Positions 23,570-35,724 of a stretch of DNA of 64,000 nucleotides are shown here, one piece after another; the stretch's first letter is position 1, and each line of letters opens with the position of its first letter. Both the position numbers and the translations under genes were made by a program. Origin of the DNA: Felis catus (taxonomy: Eukaryota). The stretch covers positions 115,942,001 to 116,006,000 of the forward strand of contig NC_058373.1 of NCBI RefSeq assembly GCF_018350175.1. Direction: 5' to 3'. The notes beneath the pieces are model-generated. The model was not told the origin of the DNA. It made no database searches and saw only the letters and a list, made by a program, of their open reading frames with translations.

Positions 23570-24620
23570 TATTTAAAATGTAACCTCCTGTGCCAACCAC
23601 TGTACTAGGTGACAGAGAAATAACAGTGAATAAGATAGAGATAGTTTCAACATTTTAGTCTAGTGAGGGATGTGGACCAAGTAAAGCCCTGACAATTAAA
23701 CTTCATTGTAATTGGAACTATGATGGAGGAAACAAAGGAGTCTGAGAGCATGAAAAGAGGGTATAAAACGCGTGAGGGAGGTGGAGGAAGGCTTCCTGGA
23801 GGAAAGGATATCTAAACAGAGACAAGAAAGAGGAGTAGGCGTTCGCCAACTGAACAAGAGAGGTAAGAAAACGCAAGGCAGAAGGTAGAGCATGAACCAA
23901 AACCAAGAGGCAAGAGAGAACAAGAAAGTGAAAAATGTTCAGAATGACTAGAGCACAGAATATATGAAAGATTGGGAGAGATAAGGTTATAGCAGAATTC
24001 AGTGGCAAGATTATTAAAAACCACATCAAGGAGTTCAGAGCAGTGGGATACTAAAAGAACATTGAAACAATTTTTTTAAGTTTATTTATTTATTTTGAGA
24101 GAGAGAGAGAGAGAGAGAGAGAAGGAAAGAGAGATTCCCAAGCAGCTCTGCACTGTCAGTGTGGAGCCTGATGCAGGGCACGAACTCGTGAACCATGGGA
24201 TCATGACCTCAGCTGAAACCAAGAGTCAGACGCTTAACTGACTGAGCCACCCAGGTGCCCCTAAAGGAAGAATTTTAAGGAAGAAAGTGACAAAGTCAGA
24301 TTTGGATTTAGAAGTGTGTTATCATAATCTGAGCCTGAAAAGATGATGACCTATACTAAGCTAATGACAGTAAGAAATGAACTATATTTAGGAGGTGCAA
24401 TTGATAAGGATTGGTGACGAGCCCAGGGTGAGGACAGGGAGAATTCAAGAAACTTAGCGTGGCAGTTGGGTGAATGATTTACTGAGATAGGATACACACG
24501 GAAGAGCAATTTGGGGAAGGGGGTAGAATAGTGGGTTTTATTTTAGTTGTGTGTGTTTGAAGTGCTGGTGAATTATACGGTGAAGATGTGTACTGGGCAG
24601 ATAAAACTCAGGAAAATCTC
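23570..24620 (-). mobile_element. Degraded LINE-2 fragment containing a SINE
   Basis: tgtgccaaccactgtactaggtg...ggaaggcttcctggagga...aagtgacaaagtcagatttggatttagaa. Confidence 0.6.
24070..24261 (-). mobile_element. CanSINE
   Basis: Poly(T), (GA)n, ctgagccacccaggtgcccc. Confidence 0.9.
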
Positions 24621-26213
24621 TGAGTCTTCTATGTAAACTTAGGAGGTCCAGCAGCCACTGAGTAAATGGTAGAATATTGGGGCTGTGGCAAACATATTAA
24701 AGGAAGCTAACTGGTTTGGTGGATGTTTTTTATTCCTCCATCATAGGCTTACATTGGTTTAATTTTCTGTTCTTGCTTCCTGGCCGTATTTGTTGAATAA
24801 GGACCTCAAAACCTGGTGTTTGTTATAAAGCAGATTCCAACAGCTAAAATCCAGATCCTTTCTTTCCAGGCAGCTACCTGGGCTACATTTCAAAGAAGGG
24901 ACTCGAAGAGGGTAGCAATGGAGTTCACATTGCTTATTGGAATCAACACAATGACAACTAACTTTTTAAGTGTTTGGAACAGAGTGATGCCTAACACCTT
25001 TACAGCTGCCTACAGACACACAAACAGCTCCACCAACTGCCTCCTCAAACGAACTCTAACTCATTGCTGCAAAGACTTAGGTGTTCTCCCAGGTAGGGTC
25101 CAGCCTAGACTAGAATGAGGGTAGTTCTTGCTGAAACATAAGTTAGGTTGACTTGTATAGCTTAAGAAACATATTAGACCTTTGAATTCAAACTTCAGTG
25201 AGCTTTTTAAAACCCCAACCTCTGCTACACCCCTCCCTTTTAAGGATTATTGAAGTGTTTTTCTAGTTTGCCAACAAACCTTTCTATATCTTAGTTTATA
25301 TCTCAGTTGTTCAGATAATGAGCTAAGGAGAGACAACATTTTTCCTTACCTCACCACAATCCTTGAGAGGGCACTGGGGCTGAGAAAGGTTAAATCATTT
25401 TCCCAAGGTCAGAGAGCCCACATTCGTTAGCAACAGTGCTATGTTGGCTCCCATTTGCTATCCGTTATCTTAATCTTGATGGTAAGAATAATTTCCACAA
25501 AAATGATGAACATGTATTGAGCATTTATTATGCCCCCTAAACTCAATGAAAACACTTGACATAGATTTTTGGCATTTAATCTCCACAACAGTTTTACGAG
25601 GTACTATCGTTTCCACTTCTAAGATGCGGATTCTGAAGCCTAGAGAAGTTATCACCTGCTAAATGCATGCAGGTGACCGGTGGCAGAACCAGGATTTGAA
25701 CACAAAAGACTGACCTCATTGTAATCAAATACACTTTGGTTAGGGTGACCTCTGAGGACCTTCTCCCACCACCCAACCCCCTGGTGCCACCTGTTCAAAG
25801 ATTCGGTGATTTATTTCTGTACTCTGGAGCCTTCACATAAGTTATATCATGAAAAGTATGGTTTTGACTGGTTGTGTTGAGCTTATCTGGTTTAACAAAT
25901 TTTTTTGTCTAGCTTAAGCATTGGAAGTAGGTCAGGAAGAAGTAGGTAGAGCCAATCACAGATTGGCCCAGGGCCAAGTTGAGGTAGAGAGATTTATTTT
26001 TCAACCTTGAAGGTGCAGAGAAAGGACTGAATTGGTCTTCCACTTCACAACTTGGGAGAGCCTAGTGCCTCCCCATACAGTGGAAGCCATCCTTGCCAGT
26101 AGGGGTCTCTGCTTCACAAAACAATATCCTATTGGCTCTTCTTTTGGATCCAGAAACATGAGGCTGGCTGGATTTTGTTCTCAGTGCTCAGGAGGAACTC
26201 TAGAGCCCAGATT

Positions 26214-26217
<4 letters not shown>

Positions 26218-26253
<36 letters not shown>

Positions 26254-26272
26254 AATATATATATATATATAT
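26218..26272 (+). repeat. G35 homopolymer followed by (AT)n
   Basis: 35 consecutive G at 26218-26252, then aaatatatatatatatatata. Confidence 0.95.
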
Positions 26273-28226
26273 AAAACAACATTTTACCTTTTTCTGGCTT
26301 TATTTTTTTAACTGAAAGAGGATTGGTAACAGGCAACTAAAACATAACAAAAACTTTAAAAAATAAATCCTGAGCATGGTCGCCCCCAAAGTCTCTAAGC
26401 TAATGCACTAGACTTGGAAATGTACATTTGTCATGCTTTTTTGAACTTGTACCCTAGCTGTCTGATCGTCCTCCATTCCCATGATACTCCTGTCCTGCCC
26501 TTCCATTCAGGTCTGTCTGTTTTGATTCTGAACTCTTCTCCACACCTTCCCCCTCTTCTCAGTCCTGCTAAGGTGGCCCTGTTAAAGCTAGTACTTTGCC
26601 AATAATAGCCAACTTGAAAGGATGTAGTGCCTTACCTTCTCAGCACAGAAAGGTACTTGATGATTATAGACCAAATGTATCAATTATAATGCAACTTAGT
26701 TGTTAGAAAATAGATGTAAACGAGGATTGGAAGAAAAGAAAAAGGAAAGAGGTGAAGAAAAAAACCTGTTAATAAACTCCTCTATGTGATAGAACATGTG
26801 TTTTCACATGTTTCTCTCTTAATATTAGTCTTAGGAAGCTTCCTTAATCCCCACCAGTGAGCCTGAACTTTGATTTACTGAGAAAGCTCAGAGAGCCCTG
26901 AATCTCTTTGATAGGCCAGATATTCTACACTCCCAGCATATGATTATCTTGGAAGCAAGTGTAGTTGAAGCTGTATGATCATCCTCATTCTTTTTCTCCA
27001 CCCTACCCACCGTATGTTCAAATACCTCCCTCCCAGGCTCTTACTGCAGCCCAGAATTTACTAACAAAGCCTCTGCAGCCTGTGAGCGGGAGGGTTGGGG
27101 CAGAATGTAAGGAAAGGAAATAAATAATGGATGATAAGTTTGGCTGTTACATATTGTTACAACAGCAGCAGAATCTGCAGGAGTTTAGATGCAGTTCTGC
27201 AGATTTTAAGAGATCTTCAGTACAAGAGAAAGCAAAGAAACGCTGGCTGCCTTCAGCAGCTCTATAATTATGAGCCCACACTTCACAGTTATCATAAGGC
27301 AACCAGAGTGGGCCCACACGTCCAAACATTTGTGGTCGTCAAAAGTGTAATCCAATCCACCGAAAGGTGCATGAAAACAGCTACCTGCTCAAAAAAAGCT
27401 CTCTCTTACACTCCCTCAGCCTGAAATGTCCCATTTATTCATCAAAAATTAATAGTTCTCTAGTTCTAATATTATGGCACCAGGGGAACAATATTGTATA
27501 AGACAGGTACTCAAATTCAACTGATTTGAGTAGAGGAAAGATTTGTTAAAGGTTTTGAGGGGAGAGAAAGACAACAGCAAGATGATGGACTAAGAAGCTA
27601 TAGGCCTTCCTTCTCCAGAGATGCCATGTTAACAATATACTGATGAGAATACCCCTGTGAGAACCTTAGAGACCAGTCAAGAAGCTACAGCACTCAAGGC
27701 ATTGTAAAACCAAGAAAGGATTCCAACAAAAAGGGTAGGAAATGTTCAGTATTTTCTCATGCAGAATAGTATGGAGCAACTGGGAGGTGATCCCTCAGAC
27801 CAGGGGCTCTCCATCAGGATGTTAGCAAAAGAATGGGCCATGTGCCCAACATTCTATTTTGTCTGGGGTTGCCTGAATGACTGGTTTCTATCCTGCCTGA
27901 CTTGGACCATCTAAGAAACTGGTACCAGAGTTTGGAAGCCTTTGAAAACAGAGGTGAGCAAGTCAGAGCTGCAGAACCCCAGGTAGACACCAGGGGGAGC
28001 AACAGATCAGAAGAGGTTTGAGATGTCCTAGAACCTGCAGCTGAATTGATTGGTGAAGGTCTTCCCCTGCGCAAAGCTAGCACACAAAGACCAATACTGC
28101 TGGGAAAGGTGGTTGTTTCTTCAGATGCTCAAATCCAGTAAAAGATTACAAGGCAAACAAGAAACACGGGCCAATTAAGGAACAAAAATAAAACCCCAGA
28201 AACTGACCCTAAAAAACCACAGATCT

Positions 28227-28412
28227 GGAGTGCCTGGGTGGCTCAGTCAGTTAAGCGTCTGACTCTTGAGCTCAGCTCAGGTCATGATGTCACAGTTCGT
28301 GAGTTCAAGTTCCCCCTGCCCCATGGGACTCTGCCCTGACAGGTTGGAGCCTGCTTGGGATTTTTTCTCTTCCTCTCTCTCTCTCTCTCTCTCAAAATAA
28401 ATAAAGTTTTAA
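28227..28412 (+). mobile_element. CanSINE within L1
   Basis: TSD aaaa(c/t)cacagatct. Confidence 0.9.
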
Positions 28413-29306
28413 AAATCACAGATCTCTGAGCTGTCTGACAAAGAATTTAAAATAACTGTCATGAAGATGGTCAATGAGCTATAAGAGAACACAGACAACT
28501 AAATGAAATCAATAAGATGATGCAGGAAAATGAACAAAATAAGAATATCAACAAAGAGATATAAACTATAAAAAATAACCAAACAGAAGAGATGGAGCTT
28601 AAAAATACAATAACAGTACTGAAAAATTCATTGAGGGAGTTCAACAACAGACTTTGTAAGGCAAAGAAAGTATCTGTGAACTTGAAGATAAGTCATTTGG
28701 ACATGACTTACTCCTCTGACTCATCATTGAGTCAGAGAAGTAAAAAGAAAAAAAGAATAAAGAAAAGCAAAGAGAACATAAGGTACGCATGGGACTCTAT
28801 CAAGAGAAATAATATACATATTAGGAAATCCAGAAGAAGAGAGAGAAAAAGGGGTTGAGAGCTTACTTGAAGAAATAATGGCCCAAACTCTCCCAATCTG
28901 AGGAAAGAAATAGACATACAGATTCAAGAAACTTAGAGAATCCAACTATGATAAATCCAAAGAGAACCACTCTGAGACACATTACAATCAAACTGTTTAA
29001 AGTCAAAGATAAATACATCATTTTAAAAGCAGCAACAGAAAAATAATTTGTAATGAAGAAGGGAGTTTCAGTAAGATTTTCAGTGGATTTCTCTGCTGAC
29101 ACTTTGCAGGCCAGAATAGAGTGACCTGATATACCCAAAGTGCTGAAACTAAAAAAAAACAACTGTCAACCAAGAATACTGTATTCAGCAAAACTGTCCT
29201 TCAAAACTGAAGGAGAAATTAAAACTTTCTCAGATAAACAAAAGCTGAGGGAATTTATCACTAATACACCTGCTCTACAAGAATTATTAAAAAGAGTCTT
29301 TGAGTT

Positions 29307-30079
29307 AGGGCACCTGGCTGGCTCAGTTGGAAGAGTGTGCAACTCTTGACCGCAGGGTCGTGAGATCACCCATGTGGGGTGTAGAAATTACTTAAATAAA
29401 TAAAAACTTTAAAAAAAGAGTCTTGGGGCACCTGGGTGGCTCAATCAGTTGAGCATCCGACTTCTGCTCAGGTCATGATCTCGCAGCTCGTGGGTTTGAG
29501 CCCCGCGTCGGTCCCTGTGCTGACAGCTCAGAGACTGGAGCCTGCTTCAGATTCTGTGTCTCCCTCTCTCTCTGCCCCTAACCCACTCGCATTCTGTCTC
29601 TGTCTATCTCAAAAATAAATAAACATTAAAAAAAAAGAGAGAGAGAGAGTCTTTTGGGCACCTGGGTGGCTTAGTCAGTTAAGCGTCTGACTTCAGCCCA
29701 GGTCATGATCTCGTGGTTCGTGAGTTTGAGCCCCATGTCAGGCTCTGTGCTGACAGCTGGAGCCTGGAGCCTGTGTCTCCCTGTCTCTTTGCCCCTCCCC
29801 TGCTCATGCTCTGTCTCTGTATCTCTCAAAATTAAATAAACATTTAAAAAAATTTAAAAAGTAAAGAGTCTTAGAGGAGCACCTGGGTGCCTCACTTGGT
29901 TAAGCATCAGACTCTTGGTTTCGGCTCAGGTCATGATCTCACAATTTGTGGGTTTGAGCTCTGTAATGTGCTCTGTGGAGCCTGCTTGGGATTCTCTCTC
30001 TCCTTCTCTCTCTGTCCCTCCCCTGCTCTCTCTCTCTCTCTCTCTCTCTCAAAATAAATGAACTTTTTTTTTTTTTTAG
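29307..30079 (+). mobile_element. Cluster of four head-to-tail CanSINEs
   Basis: Heads at 29307, 29425, about 29656 and about 29876, each separated by agagtctt. Confidence 0.92.
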
Positions 30080-30286
30080 AAAGAGTCTTTGAGTTGAAAC
30101 CAAAGTAGAGTAGACTGCAACACAAAGATTTATGGAAATATAAGACTCTCTAGTAAAGTAAATATGTAGACAAATACAGTAACTTGTACTATTGTAATTT
30201 TGTACATAGACTATATATAACAAAAACATTTAAAATAACTATAAATTTATGTTAACAGATATACAATATATAAAAATATAAGTTGT

Positions 30287-30405
30287 GGGGGTGCCTAAGT
30301 AGCTCAGTTAGTTAAACATCCAACTCTTGATATCAGCTCAGGTCTTGATCTCAGGGGCATGAGTTCAAGCCCTGTGTTGGGCTCCACCCTTGGCATGAAA
30401 CTTAC

Positions 30406-30419
<14 letters not shown>
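30287..30419 (+). mobile_element. Short CanSINE followed by (AT)n
   Basis: ggggtgcctaagtagctcagttagttaaacatcc...ttacttaaaaaa. Confidence 0.85.
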
Positions 30420-30448
<29 letters not shown>

Positions 30449-30619
30449 TATATATGCACATACATATACATGTTGTGACATATTAACAAAGTGGAGGGGT
30501 AATGCTGTAAAGGAGTGGAGTTTTTATATACATCCAAAGTTGTTATCAGTTTAAAATAGACTGCTGTAACTTTAAGATGTCTTATGTAATTTTAATGGCC
30601 ACAGAGAAAACATTATGTG

Positions 30620-31027
30620 AGATATCTAGTCAAATTCATAAAAAGTGAAAGTGGAAAGGTGGTTACCAAGGACTGGGAAGGGAGGGAGGTGAGGTTTTTA
30701 ATGAGTATAGACTTTTAGATTTGCAAGATGAGCAAGTTCTGGAGATCTGCCTCAAAGCAATGTGAATATACTTAACACAACTGAAAATAGACTTTAAAAT
30801 GATTAAGAGGGTACATTTTATATTTTTTACCACAACGGGAAAAAAATGGGAGAGTTAGTGTTTAATGGGTGCTGTTTCAGTTTTGCAAGATGAAAAGACT
30901 TCTGAAGATGTATAGTGGTGATGGTTGCATAACAATGTGCATGTATTTAACGCCACTGAAATGTATACATAAAAATAGTTAAGACGGTAAATATTATGTT
31001 TCATGTATTTTCCCAGAATTAAAAAAA
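30620..31027 (+). mobile_element. Two tandem L1MA/MB-type 3' ends
   Basis: Two successive copies of the typical tttaatg(a/g)gt...ttgcaagatga...ctggagat...aatgtgaatatacttaac...ctgaa 3'UTR motif, ending in an A run. Confidence 0.7.
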
Positions 31028-31169
31028 ACCCCACTAAATCCAAAGTAACCAATAAATATCAATGAATTCACTTCAATCTAAATTGTGTTCCACTTTCCCT
31101 GGCATAGCACATTCAGAATCCATGACATAATATTCCCGAAGATTTGCCAATAGAAATAAGCAAAATGTT

Positions 31170-31631
31170 GGGGGGGCCTGGGTGGCTCAGTCGGGTCAGC
31201 CTCCGACTTTGGCTCAAGTCATGATCTCGCTGTTCGTTGGTTTGAGCCCTGCATCAGGCTCTGTGCTGACAGCTCAGAGCCTGGAGCCTGCTTTGGATTC
31301 TGTGTCTCCCTCTCTCTCTGCCCCTCCCCTGCTTGTGCTTTCTCTGTCTCTTAAAAATAAATAAACTTTAGGGGTGCCTGGGTGGCTCAGTCGGTTAAGT
31401 GTCCGACTTCAGCTCAGGTCACGATCTCACGGTCCGTGAGTTCGAGCCCCGCGTCAGGATCTGGGCTGATGGCTCAGGGCCTGGAGCCTGCTTCCCATTC
31501 TGTGTCCCCCCCCCCACCTCTCTGCCCCTCCCCTGTTCATGCTCTGTCTCTCTCTGTCTCAAAAATAAATAAATGTAAAAAAAAAATTAAAAAAAATAAA
31601 TAAACGTTAAAAAAATTTTTAAAAAAAGGAA
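31170..31631 (+). mobile_element. Two CanSINEs, the second inserted in the tail of the first
   Basis: Outer TSD agaaataagcaaaa at 31152 and 31632; inner aaaaataaataaac repeated around the second copy. Confidence 0.9.
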
Positions 31632-32200
31632 AGAAATAAGCAAAAATGCTGCCATTAAACCTGCTCCACAGGCAAGAACGGTGCCCCCCAATCTACAACG
31701 TGGGCAGCATGCTACCAGCACGAGGCATTGGACGTGCCACCTGCTCCACTACCGCTGGACTCTGTCACTGGCAACACTTGTGAAAGCAGTCCACAGCTTC
31801 TTCCCCTGGGAGACCAACACCCAGTGAACCATAAGGTAGCAACTGACAGGATCATTTTATGGAAACTTCCTATTAGCCGAGTAGCTCCAAAGCAATGTTC
31901 CAGAAACCAATGATATTGTAACACCTTAAAGATGCATAGATAATATGTTTCAATCAGGAAGTTAAATTTACAGAAAAAAACCCACAAAAAATCTAAAGGG
32001 CTTGTAGTTTTAAATTCCTTTCAATGCCTTGAATTCCATCTGGCTTTTATAATAAAAACGCATGCTTTTATACATATTGTGATCCATAGTCAGCCTACCT
32101 CATTTTTTTTTAAAACATCATACAAAGACCCTCTTAAGTTCTAGCAGGTACCCTGTAAGTTGTAGCTAGGTACAATAAAAAAATAATAATACCTATTCTC

Positions 32201-32703
32201 TTGAGACAGCCAGTTTCCAAAATGTTCCCCTAACATTCACATCCTGTGTAGTCCCTGCCACTTGGTACCAAGGTTAGCCTGTGTGACCAATAGAATATGG
32301 CAGCAAGTGATGATATAGCACCTTCAAGATTAGATTTCAAAAGGCTATGGATCTCTGAGATCTCTTGCTCTGGGGGAAGCTAGGTACCGTGTCATGGGGA
32401 TACTCCGGAATCCTATAGAGAGACCTACCTGATAAGGAACTAAGGTGTCCAACCAGCAGCCAGCAGACAATGGAAGTCTTCCGACAAGGATGTGGGTAAG
32501 CTTGGAACTGGAAGCATGTCCAATATAGCCTTCAGACAATAACTTCGGTGCCAGCCAATAGCTTGACTGCAACTTCCTAAAACACCTTGAGTCAGGAACA
32601 CCCAACTAAGATGCTCCCACAGAAACATTTAAAAATAATAAATGATATTTTAAGCTGTTGAATTTGGAGATAATTTGTTAGGTAGCTGTATATAACCAGT
32701 ACA
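32201..32703 (+). mobile_element. MLT1F/H-like MaLR solo LTR
   Basis: tgtgaccaatagaatatggcag...agccttcaga...gcttgactgcaac...ttttaagctgttgaatttgg...aaccagtaca. Confidence 0.75.
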
Positions 32704-33004
32704 TCTCTCCAGCCATTCTGTGTGTGTGTGGACGTGTGTGTGTGTTAAAATGTTGAACACCTGGTGACACACACACACAATTATGAGAAACGGAACAATG
32801 ACCCCAAAATGCACATACTCATAATCTCACATACCAACAGCAGAACAGGTCTCAGTCCTTGGCCAATAGACTGCTGCCAGATTAGCTCCAAATAGCTAAC
32901 CCTACTAACCTGAAGTTTTACCAGGAGAGATAAATGTCATTGGGTCTTGTAGTATCAGGTCTTTGAGAATCTCCCAGAAGGCACAACGTCTGAAAATAGC
33001 ATTT

Positions 33005-33475
33005 ATGATAAGGTCATGACAAGAAACAAAATCTAACTCTAATGATTCATCTAAGGAGACTTTTCACATGGAGACTCTTTACAGAAGTGTGGGAATGGTT
33101 ATAGGAACCAAGAAGAATGTTGAAGCTTCCAGAGACTAGTGAGCTAGGAAAGATATTTGGGCAAAAGGCAGAAATTGTGTTACCAGAATCCACTGACGGG
33201 TGAGCCCAAGGAGTAGGGGGCACCCAATCATACCTATTGTAATGACGGGACACAGCCACCCCAAAACCATGGTGCCAAAGCTGGGAGCGAGTGGGAAAGA
33301 AATGTATTAATCTTTCTCCACTCCCATCCTCCAGTCCCATCATGGTGGTGCTTTCCTTTGGGCAAAGCTGACCAGCAGCAAGAGGGCAAAAGAGCCCAGG
33401 TGATGCACAGGTCAGTTTCCCAGGGTACAAAGCTAGACAGAAAAGGGCAGAGGATGGATGGTGGGGTGGCACAGC
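33005..33475 (-). mobile_element. ERVL LTR33-like solo LTR
   Basis: aaggagacttt...ctctttacagaagtgtgggaatggttataggaacc...ccagagactag...gggcaaagctgaccagcagcaagagggcaaaagagcccagg. Confidence 0.55.
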
Positions 33476-33509
33476 ATTAGAGCATTTTCAGATTCTTTTT
33501 CTTTATAGT

Positions 33510-33736
33510 GTTATTTTTTAAATGTTTATTTATTTTTGAGAATGAGAAAGAGAGAGAGAGAGAGCACAAGTGGAGGAGGGGCAGAGGGAGAGAGGGGGGA
33601 GACACCGAATCCGAAGCAGGCTCCAGGCTCCGAGCTGTCAGCACAGAGCCTGACACAGGGCTTGAACCCACAAACCGTGGTATCATGACCTGAGCCAAAG
33701 TCGGATGCTTAACTGACTGAGCCACCCAGGCACCCC
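33510..33736 (-). mobile_element. CanSINE
   Basis: Flanked by cattt(t/c)cagattc. Confidence 0.9.
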
Positions 33737-34179
33737 ACATTTCCAGATTCCTAAAGACTCTTAAAGATTATCTAAGACAGTCCACCAGTCTGTGTAAATC
33801 CTCTTTATCTCACCCCTAGCAGACATCCTAAAACTCCAAAGGTGGCAAAAAGCATAGCTTTTGGAGTCAAGCAGGCCCTCTCCCTGCTTCTGAGCTGTGT
33901 GACCTTGGGCAAATTACCTAACCTCCCCCAAATCGCAGGTTTCTGTTTTGTAAAGTGAGTGCCATAATAACCTAATAGGGTTATGGTGAAATTAAATATT
34001 AAGTGCAGAGATGAGGAGACTTATAATACTTAGAATTTAATATAGATAGGTAGGTAGATAGATAGATAAACAAACCGGAGTGATGCACGAGAAACAAGTC
34101 ACAGTGAATGCCCATTGGGAAGAATTTTGAAGGAATGAGTCCAGGGTAGAAGAGAACTTTTCTTTTTATTATCTGGTCT

Positions 34180-34410
34180 TTTTTTTTCTTTTTTTAAAAG
34201 TTTGTTTGTTTGTTTGTTTGTTTAGAGAGTAAGCACATGCACACACACATGTGAGCAGGGGAGGGGCAGAGAGAGAGGGGGAGACAGAAAATCCCAAGCA
34301 GGCTCCATGCTGTCAGCACAAAACCCCACACAGGGCTCAAACCCACAAATTGTGAGATCATGACCTGAGCCAAAATCAAATGTCAGATTCTTAACCAGCC
34401 AGTCACCCCT
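34180..34410 (-). mobile_element. CanSINE
   Basis: Poly(T)/(TTTG)n, gagatcatgacctgagcc. Confidence 0.85.
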
Positions 34411-34483
34411 ATTATATGCTCTTTTATAGAGAGTACTGTTGGGATTTTTTCCACTTATAGGTACGATCTTTAAAAGAAAACCA

Positions 34484-34704
34484 GGGGCGCCTGGGTGGCT
34501 CAGTCAGTTGAGCGGCCGACTTCGGCTCAGGTCATGATCTCGCGGTCGTGAGTTCAAGCCCCGCATCGGGCTCTGTGCTGACAGCTCAGAGCCTGGAGCC
34601 TGTTTCAGACTCTATGTCTCCCTCTCTCTGACCCTCCCCCGTTCATGTTCTGTCTCTCTCTGTCTCAAAAATAAATAAATGTTAAAAAAATTTTTTAAAA
34701 AAAA
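34484..34704 (+). mobile_element. Young CanSINE
   Basis: CpG-rich; TSD taaaagaaaacca at 34471-34483 and 34705-34717. Confidence 0.93.
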
Positions 34705-35724
34705 TAAAAGAAAACCAAAAAAACTCCCTTGACACCAACAGTCTTTCCAGTCAGTGTCTTGTATTCTGCTGCTTATCCCATCCATTCCACAACTATTATA
34801 AAGTGTTTACTACTATAATAGGTATTGGGGCTACAAAGAAATTAAGATACCATCCCTGCTTTCGAGTAGCCAGTCTAGTTGCAGAGACAAAAAGCAAGCA
34901 GAGAGGCATTATGCAGTGTAGTTAAGTGTGGCCTATCTGCTTTTTGTTATTTAAAATTTGAAGACACACACACACACACACACACCCTTTTCTTGTTGCA
35001 CTTACCGCATTCTAACATCCTATATAACTTATTTATTTATGATGTTTATTGTCAGACTCCCTCCACTCCATAAGGATGAGGATTTTTGCCTACTCTGTTC
35101 ATTGATAGATCTCCAATGCCGGAAATGGTGACATTTTTCAGTGGATGTTTGCTGGATGAATAATTGCTATGTAATAGAAAAGCCTGACAAGGGAGCTACC
35201 AGAACAAAGCGTAAAAGGAACATCGAACTTGTATATGGAGGTCAGTAAGGCTCTACAGGAGGGGTGACACCTCGTGCTTAAACTTGAAGCAAATCAGGTG
35301 GCTTCGGCTAAAAGACCTAATGTTGTTAAGAACAAGCAAATGAGAAATACGGAAAAAGGAAACACACAAGAAACTTGAGTCCAAAGGCATAGAGAGAGAT
35401 GTAAGAGAATGGAACATATGGAGAACTGAACATATGGCAATAAATATTGGGTGCTGGTAATTGTTTGTGCTGGCTGGGTGGTGGGTTCTTGAAGACTTGT
35501 TATACCGTTCTTTCTCTAGGTTTAAAATTTCCCATAAGACAAACTTCAGGGTACATGGATAAACTATTTTTAATAAGTATAAAAGAATTTTAAAAATGAA
35601 TGTGTTCTAGGCAGGGGGGCACGGTTATAGTTACCAGCCACATGTAACAGCAGCCCAGCTGGGATGGCAATAGTGGTGGGTGAAGAGGTAAATACCTGGC
35701 AAGGAATATATAAATGCATCGTTT

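Larger units (their letters stand above)
27560..30620 (+). mobile_element. Old LINE-1 5' portion (5'UTR, decayed ORF1, inter-ORF), interrupted by six SINEs
   Basis: ORF1p-like peptides MELKNTITVLKNSLREFNNRL and NCQPRILYSAKLSFKTEGEIKTFSDKQKLREFITNTPALQELLK, broken by stops and frameshifts. A-rich sense strand. Confidence 0.85.

Noticed and set aside
29291..30095. CRISPR-like repeat-spacer appearance
   Set aside because: This is eukaryotic DNA; the repeats are TSDs, the spacers are SINEs, and there are no cas genes.
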